Source: Desulfobacteraceae bacterium UBA2174 (lineage in GTDB: Bacteria > Desulfobacterota > Desulfobacteria > Desulfobacterales > UBA2174). From it: DNA of 64,000 bases. The stretch spans positions 13,945-77,944 of the forward strand of contig DCWA01000011.1 of assembly GCA_002327445.1 (NCBI GenBank). Reading direction: 5' to 3'. Below are positions 1-10,507 of this stretch, one piece after another. The position numbers and the translations under genes were made by a program. The number at the start of each line of letters is the position of its first letter. Within the stretch, counting starts at the first letter, position 1. The notes below the pieces were generated by a model that saw only the letters and a list, made by a program, of their open reading frames with translations, was not told the DNA's origin and searched no databases.

Positions 1-688
1 GGTCCCCGCTGCCCATGAGGGCAAAGAGCAGGATCGGCAGGGTCAGGACGCGGCCGCCGCCGATGATCAGGGTGCTCAGGTACTGGGACCAGGAGAGCAG
101 AAAGGAAAAGAGACCCGCCACCAAGATGCCCGGCCACACCAGAGGCAGGGTCACCCGCCACGCCACGGCCAGGGCGGAGGCCCCCAGACAGCGGGCCTGG
201 GCCTCGAAGTCGGGATCGTAGTTGGCGAAGACGCCCCACATGACGAAAACGGTGTAGGGGAGGCAGACGGTCAGGTGCACCAGGACGACCCCGGCAAAGG
301 TTTCCGCCAGTCCCAGGCGGATGAACCACAGGTGCAGTCCCATGGCCACCGACAAGGGCGGGACGATGAGCGGCAGGACCACCAGCAGGACTGCCAGGGC
401 TTTGCCGCGAAAGGCGTACAGCCCCAGCGCCCGGCCGGCGGGCACGCCCACCACCAGGGAGACGGCCGCGGTGGCGGCGGCCAGGGCCGTGCTGTGGGCA
501 AGCCCGGAAGCGATTTGGCCGCCGGCGGCGTCGAGAAGGTGCTGCCAAGCGCGAAGGCCCCACTGCTGGGGCCAGAGTCCGGGAAAGAACCACCGCTCGC
601 TCAGCGACCAGAGCACCAGGGGCAGAAACGGCACTGCCACGCTCAGGATGATACCCGCCGCAAGGGCTTTCGGGCGCCAGCGGGTCAT
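1..688 (-). CDS. ABC transporter permease, second membrane subunit of the YnjB-type importer (3' end runs off the window)
   Basis: My own reverse-strand translation from ATG 688-686 reads MTRWRPKALAAGIILSVAVPFLPLVLWSL...FEAQARCLGASALAVAWRVTLPLVWPGIL. It is multi-TM with a binding-protein-dependent permease loop. ATGA start/stop overlap with the upstream permease (685-688). Absent from the ORF track because there is no stop inside the window. Confidence 0.8.
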   Translation of the reverse strand, partial: MTRWRPKALAAGIILSVAVPFLPLVLWSLSERWFFPGLWPQQWGLRAWQHLLDAAGGQIASGLAHSTALAAATAAVSLVVGVPAGRALGLYAFRGKALAVLLVVLPLIVPPLSVAMGLHLWFIRLGLAETFAGVVLVHLTVCLPYTVFVMWGVFANYDPDFEAQARCLGASALAVAWRVTLPLVWPGILVAGLFSFLLSWSQYLSTLIIGGGRVLTLPILLFALMGSGD

Positions 689-1599
689 CGGATCGCCTCC
701 CGGCTTCCGGCCAGCCGGTTGAGCCAGACGGCCAGGGCCACGGCCCCCATGACCACCAGGGCGATGATCAGGCCGATGGCGATCCCCTCGGGCCGGGCGG
801 CCAGGTCCACATCCGCGTAGCTCTTGTACCCCCGTACGGGCAGGGACATGGGATAGGTGCGGCCCAGGAGCCAGGGAACCTCGAAGGCGCCGAAGGTGAA
901 GGCGAAGACGATGAGGCAGGCCGCGGCCAGGCTCGGGGCGATGACCGGCAGGAGGATGAAGCGAAAGCGCTGCCAGGGACCGGCCTTGAGGGTGCGGCCG
1001 ACCTCGATCAGTTCGCCGCCGGCGTTCTGGAGCACCGACAGGACCATGAGGGCGATGAAGGGGATCTCCTTCCAGATGTAGACCAGCAGGATGCCGATGG
1101 ACCCGCGATCGTTGACCAGGAGGGGGAACTCCCCCGGCGAGGCGATCAGCCCCAGCGCCGCGGCCAGGCGGGCCGCCAGCCCGGCCGGCGCCAGCAGGAA
1201 CAGCATCGACACCGCCACCACCAGGTGGGGTACGGTGAGGGGGACCTGGAGGACAAAATGCACCAGGCGGCTGCGGATGGACCAGCGGGTGAGCGCCAGG
1301 GCCAGGGCGACGCTGACGACGGCGGCGATGACGGTGCTGGTGAGGGCGATATGCAAGGTCAGGCCCAGGCTGGTGAGAAAGTCGGGGTCTTGGAGCACCC
1401 GGGTGAAGTGGGCGGCCGTCAGCTCGGTCATGCCCGCGCCGGGCAGATACCCCAGGGCCTGAAGCCCTCCCAGGGTCAGTCCGCCGCCGAAGAGCAGGAG
1501 CATCACGGCCAGAGCCGGTGCCAGCAGGCCCGCCAGGCACAGATCCCATCGGGCGGCACGGGTGCGCGCATCGCGGCCGCCGATCTGCCCGGAGACCAT
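685..1599 (-). CDS. ABC transporter permease (first membrane subunit)
   Basis: This is the last 304 codons of track ORF 685..2367; the upstream part of that ORF is R/P/G-rich junk overlapping the binding-protein gene. Real start is ATG 1599-1597 (MVSGQIGG...), which overlaps the stop of the binding-protein gene. Hydrophobic throughout, with the permease loop EVGRTLKAGPWQRFRFILLPVIAPSL. Confidence 0.85.
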   Translation of the reverse strand: MVSGQIGGRDARTRAARWDLCLAGLLAPALAVMLLLFGGGLTLGGLQALGYLPGAGMTELTAAHFTRVLQDPDFLTSLGLTLHIALTSTVIAAVVSVALALALTRWSIRSRLVHFVLQVPLTVPHLVVAVSMLFLLAPAGLAARLAAALGLIASPGEFPLLVNDRGSIGILLVYIWKEIPFIALMVLSVLQNAGGELIEVGRTLKAGPWQRFRFILLPVIAPSLAAACLIVFAFTFGAFEVPWLLGRTYPMSLPVRGYKSYADVDLAARPEGIAIGLIIALVVMGAVALAVWLNRLAGSREAIR

Positions 1600-2846
1600 C
1601 AGCGCCCCTTCAGCACGCGGGTTTCCCACCCCTTTTCCAGGCGGACGAGCAGGTCGGCGGGCAGCTCGGGCAGGCGGCGGGCCTCCAGCTCGGCCCGGGG
1701 CAGGGTGGCGGGGCCGCGGGCGATGACGTCCTGGAAGCGTTTCTGCCACTCGGGTGCCAGGCGGGCGGCATCGATGGCCGGCAGATCGCCCCAGACTTCG
1801 GGATCGGCTTTTTGGAGCTGGGCCTCGGGAGAGAGGAGAAAATCGGCCACCACCATGGCCCCGGCCCGGTGGGCGGCGTTGAAGGGGATGGCCACGAAAT
1901 GGGTATTGGCGATGGTCCCCTCGTCGAAGACGAAGGTGCGTACCGTCGGGGGAAAGAGGCCGTCGAGGATGTTTCGCGATGCCTCGGCCGGGTGGTAGGA
2001 GAAGGCGAAGTCGATTTCGCCGTCGGCAAAGAGGGTGTTGAGGCGCACCGGCGATTCGGGGTAGGTCTTGCCCTCGCGCCAGAGAAACGGCGCCAGGTCC
2101 TTGAGAAGGGCGTAGGTCCGGTTCGCGGCAGCGTCGAAGCCGGCACTTTGTTCGCCGGCCTGCCAGGGATCCGGGCCGCCGGCCAGGTGGTAGAAGACGT
2201 GGCGCACGAAGACCGAGCCGGTGAAATCCGGCGGCGCCGGGTAGGCGAAACGGCCGGGGTGTTGCCGGATCCAGTCGAGCAGGGCCGCGACGGTGCGCGG
2301 CGGCTCCGGCGTGCGGGCGCTGTCGTGGATCATCACCACCTGGGCGCTGCCCCAGGGCGACTCCCATCCGTCAACCGGGGTGCCGAAGTCCTGGCGCACC
2401 GAGGGCCGGGTCCCGTCCACCAGCCGCTGGTTGGGCAGCCGCGGGGCAAAAGGGCCGAAGAGCAGTTCGTTCTTGCGGGCGGTGCGGAAATTTTCCCCGT
2501 TGATCCACATCAGATCCACCCCGCCGCCGTCGGTCTTGCCGGCCTGGCGTTCGATGACGAGCTTGCCCACTACCTCGGCGATGTCCTGCACCGGCACCTG
2601 GCGCAGCGTGATCCCGTAGCGCTCCCGGACCTGATCGGCGATGTACCCGTTGACCAGGGCGTTGACGGCCGGCGATCCGCCCCACATGTACCAGTCCACC
2701 GTCTGGCCGCGGGCGGCGGCCAGCACCGATGACCATTCGGCGGTGAGCAGAGGATCGGCGCCGAATGCCGGCGGGCCGGCAAGGAGCAGCGGGAGCAGAC
2801 AGCAGATGAAAGCCCATCGCGGGAAAGATCCGGATCTTGCGTTCAT
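1599..2846 (-). CDS. Periplasmic substrate-binding protein, YnjB-like
   Basis: 415-aa ORF with an AGGAG RBS upstream of ATG 2846. Signal peptide MNARSGSFPRWAFICCLLPLLLAGPPAFG. Motifs such as VDWYMWGGS and DLMWINGENF recall the E. coli YnjB family. First gene of a three-gene operon with two permeases. Confidence 0.8.
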   Translation of the reverse strand: MNARSGSFPRWAFICCLLPLLLAGPPAFGADPLLTAEWSSVLAAARGQTVDWYMWGGSPAVNALVNGYIADQVRERYGITLRQVPVQDIAEVVGKLVIERQAGKTDGGGVDLMWINGENFRTARKNELLFGPFAPRLPNQRLVDGTRPSVRQDFGTPVDGWESPWGSAQVVMIHDSARTPEPPRTVAALLDWIRQHPGRFAYPAPPDFTGSVFVRHVFYHLAGGPDPWQAGEQSAGFDAAANRTYALLKDLAPFLWREGKTYPESPVRLNTLFADGEIDFAFSYHPAEASRNILDGLFPPTVRTFVFDEGTIANTHFVAIPFNAAHRAGAMVVADFLLSPEAQLQKADPEVWGDLPAIDAARLAPEWQKRFQDVIARGPATLPRAELEARRLPELPADLLVRLEKGWETRVLKGR

Positions 2847-2984
2847 GATGCCTTTCTCCTGTCGGCGTCTGAATGCCAGCGGTGCCGGGCTTGGGCAAAC
2901 TTCAAAAACATTCGGGCATCACGGGCCGGATGTCAAGGCGATGAGTGAGCTTGATGAAGTTCGCCAACGTGGCCGGCCGGTCGA

Positions 2985-3023
2985 GTTTTCCCCGTCCGAC
3001 AAGTCGGACAAGTCGGACCGGTC
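2985..3023. repeat. Upstream copy of a ~39-bp direct repeat (9-nt GTCNGAYAA periodicity) that also ends the four-helix-bundle gene
   Basis: gttttccccgtccgacaagtcggacaagtcggaccggtc here matches gtttgccccgtccgacaagtctgacaagtccgatcagtc at 3873-3911 with about 5 mismatches. In frame it would read ...GRPVEFSPSDKSDKSDRS, like the gene's C-terminus ...GRPPERFAPSDKSDKSDQSDR. Confidence 0.85.
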
Positions 3024-3250
3024 CGTCCCTGTCCGGTCGAATCCCGGGTGCCCGTCAAGGGTGGCCCAAATGCTTGCAGTCATTGTCGCTGACCTGCCGC
3101 ATTTGACACGGATTGTAACTTTTGCTAAGCGCCGATCGATTTCTCGAGAAAACCTCCAACCCGGAGGATACTGGAAATGCGTGGTGGCAGCTGAACCCCC
3201 CTCTCTTTGCAACGGATGGCGGGGTTTTGTATTTTTCTGAGGCGAGCGCG

Positions 3251-3921
3251 ATGGAAACCAGCAATACGCCGCTGCTTTCCCACGGAGGCTACCGCGGCCT
3301 CCGCAGTTACAAGGTGGCCGAAGCGGTGTACGATGCCACGGTGGCCTTTTGCCGGCGCTTTTCCCCAATGACCGGCGTATGATCGACCAGATGGTGCAGG
3401 CGGCCCGCAGCGGGGTGCGCAACATCAGCGAAGGCAGCGGGGCGGCGGCCACCTCGCGCAAGAGCGAGTTGAAGCTGACCAACGTGGCCCGCGCCAGCCT
3501 TAGCGACGAGCTGCTGCCCGACTACGAAAGCTTCCTGCGCCAGAAGGGGCTGCGGATGTGGGCCAAGGAATCGCGGGAAGCCCGGGCCATGCGTCTGCGG
3601 TTGGCAAGCGACCATGTAAAGCATCTGCCGCCGCCTCCGCCCGGTGGCGTTCGCCTGAGCGGCCTGGCCGGCCTGGCGGATTTCGTGGCCAAGGCCTCGC
3701 CCGAACTGGCCGCCAATGCCATGATCTGCGCGGTGAACCAGGCGGCCTACCTGCTCAAGCGCCAGATCGAGAGCCAGGGCAGGGCGTTTCTGAAAGAAGG
3801 CGGATTTACCGAAAACCTTTACCGGCAGCGGATTCAGGCGCGGAACCGGGCGACAGGGAGACCACCGGAACGGTTTGCCCCGTCCGACAAGTCTGACAAG
3901 TCCGATCAGTCGGACAGATAG
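3251..3921 (+). pseudogene. Four-helix-bundle protein (23S rRNA intervening-sequence-protein-like, with suffix domain), apparent -1 frameshift
   Basis: The N-terminal part is METSNTPLLSHGGYRGLRSYKVAEAVYDATVAFCRRFSP (frame 2, track ORF 3122..3382). It continues as NDRRMIDQMVQAARSGVRNISEGSGAAATSRKSELKLTNVARASLSDELLPDYESFLRQKGL... in frame 1 (track ORF 3349..3921). Adding one base at the TTTT/CCCC run 3359-3366 joins them. The motif pattern is typical of four-helix-bundle proteins. Confidence 0.7.
3873..3911. repeat. Downstream copy of the ~39-bp direct repeat (encodes the PSDKSDKSDQSD tail)
   Basis: See 2985-3023. It consists of tandem 9-nt units gtccgacaa/gtctgacaa/gtccgatca/gtcggacag. Confidence 0.85.
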
Positions 3922-3927
3922 GACAAG

Positions 3928-4830
3928 TCAAAGATGAAAAAATCTACCGGTTTTTTCGATCTTGGGATTGAGTTCTTCGCGCAGCCAGTCGGCAAAGAGG
4001 TTGATGCCCACCACCAGCAGGACCAGGGCCGCGCCGGGAAAGACGATCATCCACCACATGCCGGCGTAGATGTAGTTCTTGCCGATGGAAATCATCATCC
4101 CCAGGCTCGGTTCGGTCAGCGGAACCCCGACTCCCAGGAAGCTCAGGGTCGCTTCCAGCATGATCACCACGGCCAGGTCCACCGCCACCACGACGAAGAT
4201 GGGGGTCAAGGCATTGGGGAGGATGTGGCGGAACATGATGCGCAGGTCTCCGGCGCCGGCGGCCCGGGCGGCCGTGATAAAGGCTTCCTCCTTGACCTCC
4301 AGGACGCTGCCGCGCATGGTGCGCGCGTAGCGCACCCAGTCGGCGATGCAGATCGCCAGGATCACCACCCCGATCCCGCCGTGCTTCATGATGCCCAGCA
4401 GCAGGAAGGCCAGCAGGGTGGTGGAAAAGGAGAAGACCGTGTCGGCCAGCCGCATGGTGACGACATCCAGCCAGCGGCCGTAGTAGCCGGCCATCAGGCC
4501 GATCAGGACCCCGAAGGTGCCGGAAATCAGGACCACCGAGAAGCCGACGATCAGGGAGGTGCGGCAGCCGAAGACAATGGTGCTCAGGATGTCGCGGCCC
4601 TGGTCGTCGGTGCCGAGCAAAAAGGGCGACAACCCGCCTTCCATCCAGATGGGCGGCTTGAGAAAATGCTCCAGGCTCAGGGTGGTCAGGTCGTAAGGGT
4701 TCTGGGGCGTGATCCAGGGCGCGGCCACGGCCGCGGTGATGAACAGCACGAGGAGCAGACTGCCCGCCAGGGCGGACGGGTCGTGGAGGTAGTTCCACAG
4801 CAGGCGCGATTTGATGCGTCGTTCAGTCAT
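3928..4830 (-). CDS. Peptide/opine-type ABC transporter permease (DppC/OppC-like), operon 1
   Basis: 300-aa ORF. N-terminal ...PYDLTTLSLEHFLKPPIWMEGG...LLGTDDQGRDILSTIVFGCRTSL and the permease loop AARAAGAGDLRIMFRHILPNALTPIF. 8-nt overlap with the upstream permease. Confidence 0.9.
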   Translation of the reverse strand: MTERRIKSRLLWNYLHDPSALAGSLLLVLFITAAVAAPWITPQNPYDLTTLSLEHFLKPPIWMEGGLSPFLLGTDDQGRDILSTIVFGCRTSLIVGFSVVLISGTFGVLIGLMAGYYGRWLDVVTMRLADTVFSFSTTLLAFLLLGIMKHGGIGVVILAICIADWVRYARTMRGSVLEVKEEAFITAARAAGAGDLRIMFRHILPNALTPIFVVVAVDLAVVIMLEATLSFLGVGVPLTEPSLGMMISIGKNYIYAGMWWMIVFPGAALVLLVVGINLFADWLREELNPKIEKTGRFFHL

Positions 4831-5788
4831 AGCGGATCTTGGGGTTGAGCAGGGCGTAGAGGATGTCCACCACCATGTTCAAGGTGATGATGATGGCGGC
4901 CGCCAGCATGATGTAGGTGACGATCACGGGCTGATCGTTTTCATAGATCGAGGTGAGCAGCAGGTTGCCCATCCCCGGCCACTGGTAGATGGTTTCGGTG
5001 ACGATGGAAAAAGCGAGCAGCTCGCCGAACTGCAGGCCGGTGATGGTCACCACCGGAATCATCACGTTGCGCAGGGCGTGTTTGAGCACCACCGTGTGCG
5101 GCGCCAAACCCTTGGCCCAGGCGGTCTTGATGTATTCCTGGGTCAACACTTCGCGCATCCCGGCGCGCGTGAGGCGCAGCAGGACCGCCAGTTGATAGCT
5201 GGCCAGCGTCAGGGCCGGCAGGATCAGGTGCTTGAGGCCTTCGACGGTGAGCAGGCCGGTTCGCCAGAACCCCACCTGGACCGTTTCCCCCCGGCCGAAG
5301 GAGGGGAGCAGCTGCCAAAAGACCGAAAAAATCATGATCAGCAGGATTCCGGTGAGGAAGGTGGGCATGGAGATCCCGCCCAGGCTCAGGGCCATGATCA
5401 ACCGGTTGCGCAGGGCGTAGGGCTTGAGCGAAACCAGGACGCCCAGCCCCAGCCCGGTGCCGAAGGCGATGCAGACGGCGCAGGCCGCCAGCTCGAAGGT
5501 GGCCGGGAACCGCTCCAGGATCAAGCCCAGGGCCGGCACGCGGCTGACGTAGGATTTGCCGAAGTTGCCCTGCACGGCATTCCAGATGAACAGCGCGTAG
5601 CGTTCGTGGATCGGCTTGTCCAGGCCGAAAGCCCGGCGCACCTCCTCCTGCTCCTGGAAGGTGGCGTAGCGGCCGGCCATGGTGATCACCGGATCGCCCA
5701 TGAACTGGAAGATGAAAAAGCAGATCATCGAAACGGCCAGCAGCACCACGATGCCCTGCAAGAATCGTCGGGTGATGTAAGTGAGCAT
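4823..5788 (-). CDS. Peptide/opine-type ABC transporter permease (DppB/OppB-like), operon 1
   Basis: 321 aa. MLTYITRRFLQGIVVLLAVSMICFFIF...YIKTAWAKGLAPHTVVLKHALRNVMIPVVT...DILYALLNPKIRYD is the canonical DppB signature. Confidence 0.9.
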   Translation of the reverse strand: MLTYITRRFLQGIVVLLAVSMICFFIFQFMGDPVITMAGRYATFQEQEEVRRAFGLDKPIHERYALFIWNAVQGNFGKSYVSRVPALGLILERFPATFELAACAVCIAFGTGLGLGVLVSLKPYALRNRLIMALSLGGISMPTFLTGILLIMIFSVFWQLLPSFGRGETVQVGFWRTGLLTVEGLKHLILPALTLASYQLAVLLRLTRAGMREVLTQEYIKTAWAKGLAPHTVVLKHALRNVMIPVVTITGLQFGELLAFSIVTETIYQWPGMGNLLLTSIYENDQPVIVTYIMLAAAIIITLNMVVDILYALLNPKIRYD

Positions 5789-5860
5789 TGTCTTCCGCCG
5801 GCGGAGAAAAAGGGCCGGAAGGCCGCACTGGAGACGGCCTTCCGGGCCGGTTGGGCCGAG

Positions 5861-7384
5861 TTACTTGAAGCTCAGTTCCTTGTAGATCATCCAGCGGTCG
5901 GGGCGCGGCTGGAAATTGAGCTGGCTGTCCTTGCGTACGGCGTAGACGTCCATCTGGTAGTGCAGCGGGATCCAGACGATCTTGTCCACCATGGCCATGC
6001 GGTTGAGCTTCTGGAGCTGTTTCTCGCGCTCCTTGGCGTCGAGAATCACGGCGGTGGACTCGATGAGGGCGTCGATTTCCGGATCGCTGTAGCTGGCGCC
6101 GTTCAGTTCGCCGAAACCGCGATCCTTGTCACGGGTGTGGCCCAGTTTGGCATAGGTGCGGCCCATGTCGAAGGTGCCGTCGAACCAGCCAATCAGGTAG
6201 AACTGCAGGATGCCCTCGTTGACCTGGGGGAAGAAAATCGACTTGGGCTTGACGTCCAGGGTGGCCTGGATCCCGACCTTGGCCAGGTACTTGGCCACCG
6301 CCTCGGCGATCTTGGCATCCTGGATGTAGCGGTCGTTGGGGCCGGTGACGGTGATGGCGAACCCCTTTTCGTATCCGGCCGCCTTGAGCAGTTCCTTGGC
6401 CTTTTGCGGGTCATAGGGCAGGCGCTTCAATTCGGCATCGTAGCCGATGGTGGGCGGATCGGGGATCTGGGCCGCCGGGGCCGCCTGGCCGCGCATCACC
6501 TTGGCGATGATCTCGTCCTCGTCGATGGCCATGTAGATGGCCTGGCGGACCCGGATGTCCGCCATGGGCGTTCCCGGGGCGTTGGACAGCGCCAGGAAGA
6601 TCGCCCGGCGCGCCGGTTTGCTGACGATCTCGAGCTGGGGGTTCTTGCTGATCTGGTCGTAGAGTTCCACCGGGACGCCGGTGAGCATGGCCACCTGGCC
6701 GGAGACCAGGGCGGCGAACCGGGTGGACGATTCGCTGATGGGGCGAATTTCCACGTTCTTGATGGGGGGCGCGCCCTCCCAGTAATCTTCGTTGGCCGCC
6801 ATCTTCACGTAGGAACCCTTGACCCATTCCACGAACTTGTAGGCGCCGGTGCCGATGGGCCGCACCATCACGTCGCCCGGGTCGCGGGTGGTGGTGTCTT
6901 CCTTGTCCATGATGAAGATCTGGTGCAGGTTGTTGACAAACCAGGGCACCGCGGCTTTGGTCTTGATGGTGAGGGTGTAGTCGTCATGGATGGTGATGCT
7001 GTCGATGGACTTGCCGGTGTTGACCATCTCCGAGACGTTGGGATCCGAGAGGCGCTCGAAGGTGAACTTGACATCCTCGGCGGTGAAGGGGTTGCCGTTG
7101 TGAAATCTCACCCCTTGGCGAAGCCAGAATTTCCAGTTCAGTTCATCCAGCCGCTCCCACTTGACCGCCAGGGCCGGAGACAGGATGCCGTCGGGGCCCT
7201 TGCGCTCCAGCAACCCATCGAAGAAATTGGCAAAATACTGCAAGCCGGCGTCCGAGTCGTCCCCGTGGGGATTCATCATGCGGGGTGAGTCGTCCTGGGC
7301 CGCCACCAGGGTTTTCTGGGCCCGGGCGTCGCCTGCCGCAAGCAGGACGACCATTGCCAAAAGAATGGTGAGCGTTCTTTTCAT
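5861..7384 (-). CDS. Family-5 (DppA/OppA-like) substrate-binding protein, operon 1
   Basis: Track ORF 5861..7468, trimmed to ATG 7384. This start is preceded by AAGGAGG and gives the signal peptide MKRTLTILLAMVVLLAAGDARA. ...WKFWLRQGVRFHNGNPFTAEDVKFTFERL... is typical of SBP family 5. Confidence 0.9.
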   Translation of the reverse strand: MKRTLTILLAMVVLLAAGDARAQKTLVAAQDDSPRMMNPHGDDSDAGLQYFANFFDGLLERKGPDGILSPALAVKWERLDELNWKFWLRQGVRFHNGNPFTAEDVKFTFERLSDPNVSEMVNTGKSIDSITIHDDYTLTIKTKAAVPWFVNNLHQIFIMDKEDTTTRDPGDVMVRPIGTGAYKFVEWVKGSYVKMAANEDYWEGAPPIKNVEIRPISESSTRFAALVSGQVAMLTGVPVELYDQISKNPQLEIVSKPARRAIFLALSNAPGTPMADIRVRQAIYMAIDEDEIIAKVMRGQAAPAAQIPDPPTIGYDAELKRLPYDPQKAKELLKAAGYEKGFAITVTGPNDRYIQDAKIAEAVAKYLAKVGIQATLDVKPKSIFFPQVNEGILQFYLIGWFDGTFDMGRTYAKLGHTRDKDRGFGELNGASYSDPEIDALIESTAVILDAKEREKQLQKLNRMAMVDKIVWIPLHYQMDVYAVRKDSQLNFQPRPDRWMIYKELSFK

Positions 7385-7412
7385 CTTGCCTCCTTTGGTT
7401 GGGTGCTCGGTT

Positions 7413-8438
7413 TCAAGTTCCGGCGGGGGTTCCCGCCGGCGATTCGTACAGAAAACACGCCACGGCATGGCCGGCGGCCACCTCCTTGAGCATCGGGGTT
7501 TCCTCGCTGCACCGGGGCATGCGGTGGCGGCAGCGCGGGTGAAAGGCGCATCCGGACGGCGGTTGAATCGGGCTGGGGACGTCGCCGCCGAGCAGGATGC
7601 GCTGGCGCCGGTTCCGCGGATCGGCCACGGGGACCGCCGAGAGCAGGGCCTGGGTGTAGGGGTGCTTGGGGTTGCCGTAAATATCGGCGTAAACGGCTGT
7701 TTCCACGATTTTTCCCAGATACATCACCGCGATGCGGTCGCAGAGGTGCTCCACCACCGCCAGGTCGTGGGCGATGATGATGTACGAGAGGCCGAATTCG
7801 GCTTGCAGGTCGATGAGCAGGTTGATGATCTGGGCCTGGATGGAGACGTCCAGGGCCGAGACCGGTTCGTCGCCGATGACCATGTCCGGATTGAGGGCCA
7901 GCGCCCGGGCGATGCCGATGCGCTGGCGCTGGCCGCCGGAAAATTCGTGGGGGTAGCGACGGCCCTGTTCGGGGGTCAAGCCGACCTTCTTCAGCAGAAA
8001 GGCGACCTTGTCGCGCCGTTCGGCCGGGGTGTGCACCCGGTGGATCACCATCGGCTCGGCCACGATCTGATTGACGGTCATGCGGGGGTCCAGGGAGGAG
8101 TATGGATCCTGGAAGATGAACTGGATGTGGCGCTTGAGCAGGCGCAGGGCGTCCTGGTCCAGGGCGGTGACATCCTGCCCGGCAAACTGGATCCGGCCAC
8201 CGGTGGGTTCGATGAGGCGCAGCACCGCCAGGCCGGTGGTGGTCTTGCCGCAGCCGCTTTCACCCACGAGGCCGAGGGTTTCCCCCTTGCCCAAGGTAAA
8301 GGAGACGCCGTCCACGGCATAGACATGCCCGACGGTGCGTCCCAACAGCCCTCGGGTGATGGGAAAATGGACTTTGAGATGTTCGACGGTCAGCAAAGGG
8401 TCCATGGATTTCGGGTCGTTTCCGTTGAGAGCGGACAT
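7413..8438 (-). CDS. ABC transporter ATP-binding protein (DppF/OppF-like), operon 1
   Basis: 341 aa. Walker [10 protein letters not shown], signature [15 protein letters not shown], Walker [13 protein letters not shown]. The C-terminal oligopeptide-ATPase extension carries a CxxxC-type tail. Confidence 0.9.
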   Translation of the reverse strand: MSALNGNDPKSMDPLLTVEHLKVHFPITRGLLGRTVGHVYAVDGVSFTLGKGETLGLVGESGCGKTTTGLAVLRLIEPTGGRIQFAGQDVTALDQDALRLLKRHIQFIFQDPYSSLDPRMTVNQIVAEPMVIHRVHTPAERRDKVAFLLKKVGLTPEQGRRYPHEFSGGQRQRIGIARALALNPDMVIGDEPVSALDVSIQAQIINLLIDLQAEFGLSYIIIAHDLAVVEHLCDRIAVMYLGKIVETAVYADIYGNPKHPYTQALLSAVPVADPRNRRQRILLGGDVPSPIQPPSGCAFHPRCRHRMPRCSEETPMLKEVAAGHAVACFLYESPAGTPAGT

Positions 8439-9422
8439 TCAGACATACAGCCAACAGCGCACGGCGTGCCCGGCGCCGGTGTCGAGCATTTCCGGCAGTT
8501 GCGTGCGGCATATTTCCAGCCGTTCCGGGCAGCGCGGATAGAACCGGCAGCCCTCCGGCAAATCGTAGAGGCTCGGCACCATCCCCTTGATTTCGCGAAG
8601 CCGGCGGCGGCCGTGGCGCGCCCGTTCCCCCAGCTGGGGGATGGACTGCAGCAGGCCGCGGGTGTACGGGTGCTTGGGGTCCTCGAACAGAACCGCGGTG
8701 GATGCGGTTTCCACCACCTTGCCAGCGTACATCACCACCACCCGCTGGGCCATTTCCGCAATGACGCCCAGATCGTGGGTGATCATCATGACGGCCGTCT
8801 GGTAATCGGCCCTGAGCTGCAGCATCAAATCCAGAATCTGGGCCTGGATGGTGACATCCAGGGCCGTGGTCGGTTCGTCGGCGATGAGGATTTCCGGGTT
8901 GCAGGCCAGGGCCATGGCGATCATGGCGCGCTGGCGCATGCCTCCCGACAGCTGGTGCGGGAAGGCCTGCACCCGTTTTTCCGGTGCCGGAATCTGCACT
9001 CTGCGCAGCATCTCGACAGCCCTGGCCAGGCTTTCGCGGCGCGACAGGCCCAAATGACGCCGGAACATCTCCCCGATCTGATCCCCCACGGTGTAGACCG
9101 GATTCAAGGAACTCATCGGCTCTTGGAAGATCATGGCAATGCGCCGGCCGCGTATGGTGCGCATCTGCTCGGGCGCCAGGGTGACGAGATCCCGGCCATC
9201 GAAGCGGATATGGCCCTGGACGATCCGGCCGGGGGGTTCGGGGATCAGCCGCATCACCGATTGGGCGGTCACGCTCTTGCCGCACCCCGACTCGCCCACC
9301 ACCCCCAGGATCTCTCCCTTGGCCAAGTCGAAGGAAACGTCGTCCACGGCTCTGGCCACACCCTCGAAGGTGAAGAAGTAGGTTTTGAGGGACTCGATCT
9401 GAAGAATGGGGACGTCGTTCAT
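8439..9422 (-). CDS. ABC transporter ATP-binding protein (DppD/OppD-like), operon 1
   Basis: 327 aa. Walker [10 protein letters not shown], signature [15 protein letters not shown], Walker [13 protein letters not shown]. The start ATG 9422 overlaps the stop of the M20 gene (ATGA). Confidence 0.9.
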   Translation of the reverse strand: MNDVPILQIESLKTYFFTFEGVARAVDDVSFDLAKGEILGVVGESGCGKSVTAQSVMRLIPEPPGRIVQGHIRFDGRDLVTLAPEQMRTIRGRRIAMIFQEPMSSLNPVYTVGDQIGEMFRRHLGLSRRESLARAVEMLRRVQIPAPEKRVQAFPHQLSGGMRQRAMIAMALACNPEILIADEPTTALDVTIQAQILDLMLQLRADYQTAVMMITHDLGVIAEMAQRVVVMYAGKVVETASTAVLFEDPKHPYTRGLLQSIPQLGERARHGRRRLREIKGMVPSLYDLPEGCRFYPRCPERLEICRTQLPEMLDTGAGHAVRCWLYV

Positions 9423-10507
9423 TGGCCTCGCTGTCTGGCGGCTTCGGATAGAAAGGACGCCAGGGCGTCATGCACCTGCTGGATGCTTTCGATGACCACG
9501 TGTTCGTTGGCCGAGTGCTGGCTCATTTCCCCGTCGCCGCCCCAGACGACGCCGGCCATGCCGTGGGCCGAGAGAAAACGGGCATCGCTGGCGCCATGTT
9601 CGAAAACCAGTTCGGCGCCGGCGGCCTGCTGCAAGAGATCGAGGTAAGGGGAGTCGCCGGAGGTGAACAGCGGCCACCGCTCCTGGACCTCGATATCTCC
9701 TGCGATGGCGGCGCGCAGTTCATCCAGGAGCGCGTCCATGTCGTCGGTTTCGGTGAAGCGGATGTCGAGCCAGGCCTCGGCCAGGTCGGGGACCTGGTTC
9801 ACCGATTCGCCGGCCCGCACGATGCCCCAGTTCAGAGTGCGGTGCCAGTGGTCCGGGGTTTCGCTCTGGAAAAAGGCCTTGATCTTCCGGTAGTCGGCCA
9901 CCAGCGCCTCGATGGCGTTGGTGCCCAGCCAGGGACGCGCGCCGTGGGCGGTTTTGCCGCGGGCGGTGAGCTTCAGGCGCATCACGCCCTTCTCCTTGAC
10001 CACGATGCGTTTGGGGCTGCCGCCGTCCAGGGCGATGCAGAAGTCGGTGCGGATGCGGGCGAGGGCCTGCTGGGCGCCGTTGATCCCGCCCACCTCCTCG
10101 TCGCCGGTGAGCAGGATGCCGAAGGACGCATCCGCCTGGCCCCTGCCCTGGTCCTTGAGCCGTCCCAGTTCATTTTTCATCATCACCAGCGAGAGGGCGG
10201 CGGCGTATTTGTCGTCGATGCTGCCGCGCCCGTAGAGGCGGCCGTCCTGGATGCGGGGGGCGAACAGGTCATCCGGACCGGCCACCACGTCGAAATGGGC
10301 CATGAGCAGCACCGGCGCGAAGTCCTTGGCGGGCAGGGCGGCAATGGAGGGGACGCCGTTGTGTTCGGTGCGGTCAAATCGAATCCCGTGTTGCGTCAGA
10401 TAGCCGCAGATGAAATCGGCGCATTCCCGGATCTGGTCCGGGCGCGCGGCGGTGGATGGGTAGCGGATCAGCGATTGGGTCAGCTCGACAATTTCGTTGA
10501 TGGCCAT
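9419..10507 (-). CDS. M20-family metallopeptidase / deacylase (ArgE/DapE/ACY1-like)
   Basis: Track ORF 9419..10768, trimmed to ATG 10507 ([18 protein letters not shown]...) with a GGAG RBS. Motifs [27 protein letters not shown] and a C-terminal SQHSANEHV. Translationally coupled to the ABC operon. Confidence 0.85.
   Translation of the reverse strand: MAINEIVELTQSLIRYPSTAARPDQIRECADFICGYLTQHGIRFDRTEHNGVPSIAALPAKDFAPVLLMAHFDVVAGPDDLFAPRIQDGRLYGRGSIDDKYAAALSLVMMKNELGRLKDQGRGQADASFGILLTGDEEVGGINGAQQALARIRTDFCIALDGGSPKRIVVKEKGVMRLKLTARGKTAHGARPWLGTNAIEALVADYRKIKAFFQSETPDHWHRTLNWGIVRAGESVNQVPDLAEAWLDIRFTETDDMDALLDELRAAIAGDIEVQERWPLFTSGDSPYLDLLQQAAGAELVFEHGASDARFLSAHGMAGVVWGGDGEMSQHSANEHVVIESIQQVHDALASFLSEAARQRGQ

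Noticed and set aside
4811-7288. Very long antisense ORFs (for example 4811..7288 +, 7161..9647 +, 12611..15637 +, 16590..18227 +, 45620..47587 -, 49710..51035 -, 52549..53973 -, 12084..13871 -)
   Set aside because: Their translations are low-complexity and rich in R/G/P/H/D/Q, with no recognisable motifs. Each lies opposite or out of frame to a gene with clear family signatures. Stop-poor alternative frames are expected at about 65% G+C.
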